Shown: one piece after another, positions 8,730 to 15,695 of the stretch
Layout of the letters: each line of letters begins with the position of its first letter
How positions within the stretch are numbered: the stretch's first letter is position 1
DNA from: a bacterium
GTDB lineage: Bacteria > Sysuimicrobiota > Sysuimicrobiia > Sysuimicrobiales > Kaftiobacteriaceae
DNA: 15,695 bases
Direction: 5' to 3'
Assembly: GCA_044868695.1 (NCBI GenBank)
Contig: JBIOWP010000004.1
Location: 1-15,695, forward strand
Made by a program: the position numbers and the translations under genes
The notes under the pieces: model-generated
Told to the model about the DNA's origin: nothing
What the model saw: the letters and a program-made list of their open reading frames with translations, nothing else
The model's database searches: none

Positions 8730-9767
8730 ATGCCTGAGCTCCGAAAAGATCCGATCTCCCGTCGCTGGGTCATCATCGCGACGGAACGGGCGGCGCGCCC
8801 CACGGACTTCAAGCACGAAGGCATCGAGGTCAACGATCTGGACCGGTGCCCGTTCTGTGAAGGGCGCGAGGCCCGCACGCCGCCGGAGATCTATGCCGTC
8901 CGCGCGCCGGGAACCGCGCCGAACACCCCGGGCTGGACTGTGCGGGTAGTGTCCAACAAATACCCGGCGCTACGCATCGAAGGGAGCACCGAACGGACGA
9001 AGGACGGGCTCTTCACCCGCATGGACGGGGTGGGGGCGCACGAGGTCATCATCGAGACGACCGACCACCATACCCACCTCGCGCTGCTGCCGGTGGAGCA
9101 CGTGGCGGATGTCATCCGGGCCTACCTGCAGCGCTACCGCGACCTCCGCGGCGATATCCGGTTCGAGTATGCCCTACTCTTTCGGAACCACGGCCGCACG
9201 GCGGGCGCGTCACTGTCTCATCCCCACTCCCAACTGATCGCGCTGCCGGTCGTTCCCAAGCGGGTCGCCGAAGAGCTCGAGGCCGCGCAGCGCTATTTCG
9301 GCCAGCACGGCACCTGCATTTACTGCGCGTTGCTGGAGCACGAGCGCGCCGATCCGTCGCGGGCCATCTTCGAAAACGAGCACTTCATTGCGCTGTCGCC
9401 GTACGCGTCCCGATTCCCCTTTGAGACCTGGATCCTGCCGAAGATCCACGAGGCCGACTTCGGCGCGCTGCCCGCGGGCGAGGAAGGGCCCCTGGCCCGC
9501 GCGCTGCATGAGACGCTGCACCGCTTGCACACGTGTCTAAACAACCCACCGTACAACTTCATTGTCCATACCATCCCGTATCGGGTGGAGGCAAAGCATG
9601 CCTACCACTGGCACCTCGAGATCATCCCGAGGCTGACCCAGGTCGCCGGGTTCGAGTGGGGTTCCGGATTCTACATCAACCCGGTGGTGCCGGAGGAGGC
9701 CGCCCGGTACTTGCGTGAGGCGGTCCCTGTGGCCGCACCCGTCGGCCCTGGGCCTCGTGAATCGTGA
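8730..9767 (+). CDS. galT: GalT-family (HIT superfamily) sugar-1-phosphate nucleotidylyltransferase
   Basis: MPELRKDP, ERAARP, CPFCEG, RVVSNKYPAL, GAHEVIIE, GASLSHPHSQ (HxH catalytic motif), HWHLEI, AGFEWGSG, PEEAA. Substrate specificity uncertain. Confidence 0.9.
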   Translation: MPELRKDPISRRWVIIATERAARPTDFKHEGIEVNDLDRCPFCEGREARTPPEIYAVRAPGTAPNTPGWTVRVVSNKYPALRIEGSTERTKDGLFTRMDGVGAHEVIIETTDHHTHLALLPVEHVADVIRAYLQRYRDLRGDIRFEYALLFRNHGRTAGASLSHPHSQLIALPVVPKRVAEELEAAQRYFGQHGTCIYCALLEHERADPSRAIFENEHFIALSPYASRFPFETWILPKIHEADFGALPAGEEGPLARALHETLHRLHTCLNNPPYNFIVHTIPYRVEAKHAYHWHLEIIPRLTQVAGFEWGSGFYINPVVPEEAARYLREAVPVAAPVGPGPRES

Positions 9768-9789
9768 AACGTGAATCGTGAATCGTGCG
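9755..9789. repeat. 7-bp tandem array (TCGTGAA), 5 units, spanning the galT stop and the next start
   Basis: tcgtgaa tcgtgaa acgtgaa tcgtgaa tcgtgcg; contains TGA 9765-9767 and GTG 9785-9787. Confidence 0.88.
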
Positions 9790-10504
9790 TGCCGCCCTCT
9801 TTGTAACCTGCCTCGTTGATCAGTTGTTTCCCGCGGTCGGTGAGGCTACCGCAACGGTGTTGCGCCGCTTAGGTGTTGACGTCGATTTTCCCCAGGCCCA
9901 GACTTGCTGCGGTCAGGTGGCGTTCAACGACGGATTCTGGCCGGAAGCCGCGCGGCTGGTCCGCAAATTCATCCAGGATTTCGAATCCTACGACGCCGTC
10001 GTCGCGCCCAGCGGGTCATGCGTCGCGATGGTCAGGGAGTTTTCTCCGATGATGCTGCGCGATGACCCGGCGCTCGCCGGGCGGGCGGCGGAGTTGGGCA
10101 GGCGCACCTACGAGCTGAGCGAGTTCCTCGTGGACGTGCTTCGGGCCGAGGACGTCGGCGCCCATTTTCCCCACCGGGTCACCTACCACGCGTCCTGCCA
10201 CGGGCTGCGCGGGCTCCACGTGCGGACGCAGCCTCTGCGGCTGCTGGCCGGTGTGCGGGGCCTGGAACTGCGGCCGCTGGCCGGGGTGGAGGAGTGCTGC
10301 GGTTTCGGGGGGATGTTTTCCGTGAAGTTCGCGGCGCTGTCCGGATCGATGCTGGACACGAAAATCCGCGCCATCGAGGCCACCGGCGCGGAGGTGGTCA
10401 CCGCCACCGACGCCAGCTGTCTGATGCACATCGCCGGCGGCCTTTCCCGGCGGCAGAGCCCGGTGCGCGCCCTGCACCTGGCGGAGATCCTGGCTACCCG
10501 CTAA
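9785..10504 (+). CDS. lutA: Fe-S-binding CCG-domain protein, LutA/LldE/YkgE (lactate utilization protein A) family
   Basis: LFVTCLVD, QTCCGQ, PSGSC, YELSEFL, YHASCH, ECCGFGGMFSVK, DASCLMHI: two CCG domains. Confidence 0.88.
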   Translation: MRAALFVTCLVDQLFPAVGEATATVLRRLGVDVDFPQAQTCCGQVAFNDGFWPEAARLVRKFIQDFESYDAVVAPSGSCVAMVREFSPMMLRDDPALAGRAAELGRRTYELSEFLVDVLRAEDVGAHFPHRVTYHASCHGLRGLHVRTQPLRLLAGVRGLELRPLAGVEECCGFGGMFSVKFAALSGSMLDTKIRAIEATGAEVVTATDASCLMHIAGGLSRRQSPVRALHLAEILATR

Positions 10505-10652
10505 CCACCCGTTAACTTCATCGTACAGTTGTTTGTCAGTAAAATACCTTCCACGAAATAGGCAACTTCCCTTAGTGGTTTTCCCCCACGTTACTGTTAT
10601 CGTCTCAGCCAGTTATTTGACACCAATGTACCTTGCGCCCACTCGAAATGGT

Positions 10653-10658
10653 GGAGGG
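10653..10658 (+). promoter_or_regulatory. Shine-Dalgarno site of the Rhs gene
   Basis: GGAGGG 6 nt before ATG 10665, supporting this start over TTG 10533. Confidence 0.65.
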
Positions 10659-10664
10659 AATCCC

Positions 10665-12062
10665 ATGAGGAGATGGCGGCGTCGGGGAAGGGTTTGCCTG
10701 ACACTGGTTCTAACGGCGGTCTTTGTAAGTGTCAGCCTGCTGCCCGATCTGGTGCCTCCTGCCTACGCGGCCGTCGCGCCACCCCTGCCCGTCGCTGAAG
10801 ACCCTCTTGGACAGGAGCCGGAGCAGCAAACTCCTGAGATCTCGATCGATGTGGACGTACGCGATGGCCACCTAACCGTCAGAGTCGTTGATATCTGGGG
10901 ACCAGGCCGGGTGCCCCTGGTGGTGCGCTCCTACACGAATACCCAGCCAAGCCCTGATCCGGTGCCGGTGGGTTCATACTACCCGCCTCCACCTAACAAC
11001 GGTCCGTTCAGATGGCAGTTTAACTATCTTCGCGATGTCGTGGGTGGTGACTTCCTCGAGGCGGACGGCAACCGGTCTTCCTATCGGTTTCTTTCCGAGA
11101 GAAGCGACGCGACGAATCTGTGGCGGACATACGTCAAGGACATCGGCACATACAGCACGATGGACATCCACTACACCTGCGAGCCCCAGTTGCCCGAAGG
11201 CGACCCGGGTCCGGGCGGCCAGCTGCAAACAGGCGTGGGACTTCGAGTCTTGAGCACGACGCAGGCTGCGCCGAGCGACTGCACCTGGGATGGGTGGCAC
11301 GTGGTCTCCCTTCCCAAAGGTGTCGTGCGGAAGTTTAAGGCCAATCTCATCAGCGAAGAACGCGACTCGAACGGAAACGTGATGACGTACACGCATGCCG
11401 CGTTCCCGGGTAGCGCGACCGAGGATGTGGTGGCCGTGACCGATCCGGTGGGGCGGCAGACGCAGTACGCCTACGAGCAGGCATACACTGTGTGCGTGGC
11501 AGAGGGAGAGAGTGGTCCCTTTGGTACCCCACGATGCATTCAATCCGTCACGGTCTATCGGGTCAAGACTGCGACCGACCCATATGGCCGTACTGCGACC
11601 TACGCATACGCTGGGACAAGTCTCAAGGTCACCTCGGTCACGAATGCTGCGGGGCAGATCACTCAGTACACATACGCCGGCGGCCTCTTGGCGAGCGTCA
11701 CCAACGCGAGAGGCTTTGCCAGCACCGTTGAGTGGACGACCGGGCCGGACGGCACCCCCCGAGTCTCGAAAGTCGTCGGTCCTGACCTCAAGGAAACGAC
11801 CTACGCGTACACGCATGAGTCGGTGTCACCGTACCGGGTGATCAAGACCACTGTTACTGACGCTCGTTTGAATCAGACCGTCTACGATGTCTCGGACGGG
11901 AATGTTGTAAAGATCACCGATCCGCTGGGCAACGCTGCGCAATTCGCCTACGATACCCGCCGCAATATCACTCAAGTCACAGACGCCGGAACAACATCAC
12001 GACGTATGCGTACAATACGCACAACAAGGTCACGCAGATCGTCCAGGGGAGCGGCACGTTGA
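10665..12062 (+). CDS. Rhs/YD-repeat protein, N-terminal part (signal peptide, DUF6531-like segment, first YD repeats); frameshifted near 11987
   Basis: MRRWRRRGR + hydrophobic core + AYA|A signal peptide; VDVRDGHLTVRVVDIWGPGRVPLVVRSY...GPFRW resembles the conserved pre-Rhs segment; repeats VTDPVGRQTQYAY, TDPYGRTATYAY, ITDPLGNAAQFAYD. The translation loses repeat character after VTDA. Confidence 0.85.
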   Translation: MRRWRRRGRVCLTLVLTAVFVSVSLLPDLVPPAYAAVAPPLPVAEDPLGQEPEQQTPEISIDVDVRDGHLTVRVVDIWGPGRVPLVVRSYTNTQPSPDPVPVGSYYPPPPNNGPFRWQFNYLRDVVGGDFLEADGNRSSYRFLSERSDATNLWRTYVKDIGTYSTMDIHYTCEPQLPEGDPGPGGQLQTGVGLRVLSTTQAAPSDCTWDGWHVVSLPKGVVRKFKANLISEERDSNGNVMTYTHAAFPGSATEDVVAVTDPVGRQTQYAYEQAYTVCVAEGESGPFGTPRCIQSVTVYRVKTATDPYGRTATYAYAGTSLKVTSVTNAAGQITQYTYAGGLLASVTNARGFASTVEWTTGPDGTPRVSKVVGPDLKETTYAYTHESVSPYRVIKTTVTDARLNQTVYDVSDGNVVKITDPLGNAAQFAYDTRRNITQVTDAGTTSRRMRTIRTTRSRRSSRGAAR

Positions 12063-14611
12063 ATCTCACCACAAACCTGGCGTGGGACAGCGTCAGCACC
12101 CTGCCGTACAATGGCAAGGACAACCTGGTCAGCGTGACGAACCCGCGCGGGATCCGAACGGACTACATATACGATACCAAGAACAACCTGACAAGCGTAC
12201 GGAGGGCGGCCGGGACCCTCGACGAGGCGCTGACGCAGTATTCGTACACTCTCTGGGGCGGGGTGGCCTCGGTGACCGACCCCCGTGGGAACATTACAAC
12301 TTACGCTTACACGCCTCGGCGGCAGATTCAGACGATCACCCCGCCGGTCGGTGGGACTACCTTAGTCACGTACAACACGAGCGACGATCAGGTGACGATG
12401 ACCAACGGGAACGGGCAGACCTGGGCGGCGGCCTACGACGCCAGGCGGCTCGTAACCACCGTGACCGACCCGCTCAACAACAGGGTGACGCATGAGTACG
12501 ATGCGAGCGGCAACCAAACGCGGACCGTGGACCCGAAGCTCCAGGCCACGACATTCGCCTACGACAACCGCGACCGGCTGACGTCCATCACGGACGCGCT
12601 GAACAGCGTCACTAGCTACACTTACGATGCGGCCGGAAACCTCATCCGGATCGCGAACGCGCGCAATCTTGCGACGACCTTTGCCTACGACGCGGCGAAC
12701 CGTATGACCCAGGTAACAGACCCTCTCAACCAGATCACGACCTACGGTTATGATGCAGCGGGCAACCGGACGTCGATGCGGGACCGGAAGAGTGTGCTGC
12801 ATACCTACACCTACGATCAAGTCAACCGTCTGACGCAGGTGAGCGCCGGCGGGATCACCGTTTCGTACACGTTTGACGCAAATAGCAATCGCCTGACGCT
12901 GGTCGACCCGACTGGCACTACGGGATTCACCTACGACTCTGTGGATCGGCTGACGAGGGTTGCGTATCCGGATACCAGGAGTGTGCAGTACTCATATGAC
13001 AAGGCCGGGAATCGGACGAGCCTCACGTACCCGGGTGGCACGGCTACGCTTGGTTACACTTACGACGCCGCCAACCGCTTGACGCAGATTACGCAGGGGA
13101 CGCTATCCTGGACCTTCGGCTACGACGGCGCAGGCAACCGCACTCAATTGACCCAGCCCAACGGGACGACCACGGGCTACGCCTACCTGGCCAATAATTG
13201 GCTGTCCTCAATTACCCACAAAGCGCCGGGCGGGGCAGCATTTCAGACCATAGCCTACACTTACGACGCGAACGGGAACCGAATTACGCAGGGGGATTCA
13301 TCCGGTACGACCACCTTCGGGTATGACGCGCTGAACCGCCTCATCCAGGCCTCCTATCCGGGGACCTACGGGACGTGGTCCTGGACCTACGATCCGGTGG
13401 GAAACCGCCTGACGCAAACGGCCCCCAGCGGCGTGACGACCTACACCTACGACTCAAACAACCGCCTCACGCAGGCGGCTGCCGTCGTGTACACGTACGA
13501 CCCCAACGGGAACCTCACCGGGACGTCTGCCGGCCAAAGCTTCACGTACGACCCGTTCAACCGCATGACGCAGGCGGTGGGGGCGGGTGGGACCGCCACC
13601 TACACCTACAACGGCGACGGGCTGAAGATCCAGCGCGTGGGCCCGGACGGAGCCACCAGGTACTATCACGACGACATCCGCCCGATCTGGGAGACCGACG
13701 GGGCCGGGGCAATGACCGCCCAACTCGACCGGGACATCTTCGGGAACCTGCTCTCCCGCGCCGAGCCCGGCAACCGCCGATACTACCACACCGATGGGCT
13801 GGGCTCGACCACGGCTCTTACCGATGAGGCAGGTGGTGTCGCTGCGTCCATGCTCTACGATGCCTGGGGCACTGTGCGGGTGAGCACGGGATCAGGTCAC
13901 GGGAAGTACCGCTTCACAGGGGCGGAACTCGACACGGCGAGCGATCTGTATCACATGGGAGCACGGTTCTATGACCCGTCGATTGGGCGGTGGCTGGGCG
14001 AGGATCCTGTCCGGAATCCATATGAACCGCTGACCTTAAACTTCTATGCTTATGTCAGAAACAACCCACTCATCTTGATTGACCCAACAGGAACGGTCGA
14101 CGACGCAGGTGGAGGAGGATGCGGCGGGGACTTGTCGTGCCTGAATGATCAGCGCCAACAAGCCGCGACAGCGGCCTGGGAGGGGAGCGGCCAAGTTATC
14201 GACCCGGTCACCGTAGCCGAATACCAAGCATATCTCGAGCTGAGCAGGATTCTCGGACACGAAGCGGCGATGCAGGCTCTAGGGGTGGCCATTGCAATTG
14301 GCAACACAGTGCCGGCCCATTCTGCGAGGGACTTGTGGCAGTTCATCAAAGGTCTGTACTATGCCTCAGCTACAATCCTGAGTGTTGAAGGTTTCGCAGC
14401 GACAGTCTCGTTCATCATAGCAGCGCGAGCAGGGCAAACTCAGCCATGGATAAAAGACGCATATAAGAATGTCATTACCGAAATGGGTCTCCGACTGTTC
14501 ATTGGCGCGTACATATTGGACTCTACGTACTTTAGCGGGGCGGTTTGGGCAGAAACGCTGCCCGAGATGCAACACATAGTTACGTGCATTCCAACCCTCA
14601 GTTGCTTCTAG
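11987..14611 (+). CDS. Rhs/YD-repeat protein, C-terminal part: YD repeats, Rhs-associated core and 172-aa variable tip
   Basis: Frame is open upstream of the ORF-track TTG 12059 (RNNITTYAYNTHNKVTQ); many YDxxGN/YDxxNRL repeats; core YYHTDGLGST, YDAWG, YRFTGAELD, ARFYDPSIGRWLGEDP, YAYVRNNPLILIDPTG (ends 14092); stop TAG 14609-14611. Confidence 0.93.
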   Translation, partial: RNNITTYAYNTHNKVTQIVQGSGTLNLTTNLAWDSVSTLPYNGKDNLVSVTNPRGIRTDYIYDTKNNLTSVRRAAGTLDEALTQYSYTLWGGVASVTDPRGNITTYAYTPRRQIQTITPPVGGTTLVTYNTSDDQVTMTNGNGQTWAAAYDARRLVTTVTDPLNNRVTHEYDASGNQTRTVDPKLQATTFAYDNRDRLTSITDALNSVTSYTYDAAGNLIRIANARNLATTFAYDAANRMTQVTDPLNQITTYGYDAAGNRTSMRDRKSVLHTYTYDQVNRLTQVSAGGITVSYTFDANSNRLTLVDPTGTTGFTYDSVDRLTRVAYPDTRSVQYSYDKAGNRTSLTYPGGTATLGYTYDAANRLTQITQGTLSWTFGYDGAGNRTQLTQPNGTTTGYAYLANNWLSSITHKAPGGAAFQTIAYTYDANGNRITQGDSSGTTTFGYDALNRLIQASYPGTYGTWSWTYDPVGNRLTQTAPSGVTTYTYDSNNRLTQAAAVVYTYDPNGNLTGTSAGQSFTYDPFNRMTQAVGAGGTATYTYNGDGLKIQRVGPDGATRYYHDDIRPIWETDGAGAMTAQLDRDIFGNLLSRAEPGNRRYYHTDGLGSTTALTDEAGGVAASMLYDAWGTVRVSTGSGHGKYRFTGAELDTASDLYHMGARFYDPSIGRWLGEDPVRNPYEPLTLNFYAYVRNNPLILIDPTGTVDDAGGGGCGGDLSCLNDQRQQAATAAWEGSGQVIDPVTVAEYQAYLELSRILGHEAAMQALGVAIAIGNTVPAHSARDLWQFIKGLYYASATILSVEGFAATVSFIIAARAGQTQPWIKDAYKNVITEMGLRLFIGAYILDSTYFSGAVWAETLPEMQHIVTCIPTLSCF

Positions 14612-14626
14612 GAGGGACATGATACG

Positions 14627-14944
14627 ATGCGTGTTCTCATGGGACTAGCTGCAGGAGCCTGTTGGTGGATTGCTTTTCTGTGGATAGTGGGCGGTATCAA
14701 AGTTGCGCGTTCCTTTGCAGCAGCGCGGGAGACCGCAGAAATGAACGATGTGCTCAGAGTCATGTTCCTGCGCAGCGTGGGACTTTCACTGGTCGGAGTT
14801 CAGATTTTTTCGATGGTGTTGGGGAAACTACCCAGTCTGGAATTGTCAGCCTTCTGGCCTGGCATTATCGGTGTCGCATTGTTTGAGACAGGCCGAATCT
14901 ATATGTTTTACTCTAAGCGTGCGGGGCGAAAGGCCTTTCGCTAA
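14627..14944 (+). CDS. Small membrane protein (about 3 TM), candidate Rhs immunity protein
   Basis: GGAGG at 14611-14615 overlapping the Rhs stop; 105 aa with three hydrophobic stretches; directly downstream of the toxin tip and similarly low in GC. Confidence 0.7.
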   Translation: MRVLMGLAAGACWWIAFLWIVGGIKVARSFAAARETAEMNDVLRVMFLRSVGLSLVGVQIFSMVLGKLPSLELSAFWPGIIGVALFETGRIYMFYSKRAGRKAFR

Positions 14945-14994
14945 TTACATGCTGCGGATGACACCGGAAACCTTGCGGCAATGGGGTCAGGAGC

Positions 14995-15071
14995 GGGTCA
15001 AGTCTTGACTTAGCACAATCCGGCTGATGGTCCAGTTATGAGGTAAGGGGTCAAGTCCTGACTTAGCACAA
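14995..15071. repeat. Two 24-bp direct repeats with internal hairpin (REP-like sites next to a Y1 transposase)
   Basis: GGGTCAAGTCTTGACTTAGCACAA (14995-15018) and GGGTCAAGTCCTGACTTAGCACAA (15048-15071): one mismatch, 29 bp apart; GTCAAG-T-CTTGAC is palindromic in copy 1. Confidence 0.9.
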
Positions 15072-15087
15072 CTAGGCTCATGATCGA

Positions 15088-15695
15088 TTAAGCCTTTACC
15101 CTCAGATCAATTAACTCACGAACCCCCGCATCATTTGACAGCAACCGTTCTGTTCGCTGGCAGACCCGCGTGACGGCACCGTGCGTGCCGAGGTGGAAGT
15201 ATTCGCAGATCTCCTGGTGTGGAAACCCCGCGACCCGACTCGCCAGGTAGACCGCGAGGCTACGAGGCAGGTTCCGGCGCCCCTGCCGGCCGGCCCGCAG
15301 CGACTCCGGGGACGCCCCGGTGCGCTGACAGACGAATCGGCTGACCGCGTCAAGGCATGGGAATTGAGGCGTGCGTTCGGTTCGGGGGTGTTCGGCGGAC
15401 ATGCGTACGGGCTGAAGAGCGTGCTGGACGAAGCCCTCATCGCCCAAGAATAGGCTCCAGCGCTTCCGCGCGTAGAAAGCCAGCAAACTGGCCTCATTGC
15501 CTTCGGCGATGAACTCGTCGAATGCGGAAAGATCGCGGAAGAAGGCCAGGATCTTGTCACGGGCCAGCCAGGTAGGCGGCTGCTGTTGGTGGTAGAGGTG
15601 ATGACTGCTCCAGGGATACGTCAGCGGATCAGATACCACACCCGCGTCGACAGGATTGAGGTGAATGTACCGGACGACCTGGAGGAGATAGGCAT
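15088..15695 (-). CDS. Y1 (HUH) tyrosine transposase, RAYT/IS200-like, with C-terminal DnaA-domain-IV-like HTH; 5'-truncated by the window edge
   Basis: Frame is open to the window end: AYLLQVVRYIHLNPVDAGVVSDPLTYPWSSH (catalytic-Tyr helix plus YPWSS motif). C-terminus SPESLRAGRQGRRNLPRSLAVYLASRVAGFPHQEICEYFHLGTHGAV resembles Bac_DnaA_C. The HUH motif lies outside the window. Confidence 0.88.
   Translation of the reverse strand, partial: AYLLQVVRYIHLNPVDAGVVSDPLTYPWSSHHLYHQQQPPTWLARDKILAFFRDLSAFDEFIAEGNEASLLAFYARKRWSLFLGDEGFVQHALQPVRMSAEHPRTERTPQFPCLDAVSRFVCQRTGASPESLRAGRQGRRNLPRSLAVYLASRVAGFPHQEICEYFHLGTHGAVTRVCQRTERLLSNDAGVRELIDLRVKA

Noticed and set aside
10505..10650. Sigma70 promoter for the Rhs gene (TAAAAT 10540-10545; TTGACA 10617-10622)
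   Set aside because: Neither hexamer has a convincing partner at 16-18 bp spacing.
10533..10664. ORF-track N-terminal extension of the Rhs gene from TTG 10533
   Set aside because: AT-rich intergenic character; the RBS and signal peptide point to ATG 10665.
11975..12000. Programmed ribosomal frameshift in the Rhs gene
   Set aside because: No canonical slippery sequence or long homopolymer at the shift; a simple 1-bp deletion explains it.
14995..15071. Mini CRISPR array (24-bp repeats, 29-bp spacer)
   Set aside because: Only two repeats, no cas genes in the window, and adjacency to a Y1 transposase explains them better as REP-like sites.

Overview
GC-rich bacterial chromosomal window with two parts. 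(1) Housekeeping and metabolic block, 1-10504: 5'-truncated amtB, a small membrane-anchored hypothetical gene and glnA; a CGTC-type palindromic REP-like element; two minus-strand thioredoxin-fold genes; then a plus-strand run of zincin-like metallopeptidase, membrane hypothetical, YycJ/WalJ-like MBL hydrolase, MOFRL glycerate kinase, glgA, GalT-like nucleotidylyltransferase and a lone LutA/LldE-like CCG protein. Three gene junctions carry short 7-9 bp tandem arrays that abut or overlap start/stop codons. (2) Accessory block, about 10505-15695: a signal-peptide-bearing Rhs/YD-repeat polymorphic toxin (about 1315 aa if a single -1 frameshift near 11987 is repaired) with an unrecognised hydrophobic, Cys-bracketed C-terminal tip, a candidate membrane immunity gene, two 24-bp hairpin-containing direct repeats and a convergent, 5'-truncated RAYT/IS200-like Y1 transposase with a DnaA-domain-IV-like C-terminal HTH. 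The Rhs tip/immunity + repeats + Y1 transposase arrangement is the strongest candidate for an undescribed system. All family calls come from motif recognition by eye; no searches were run.
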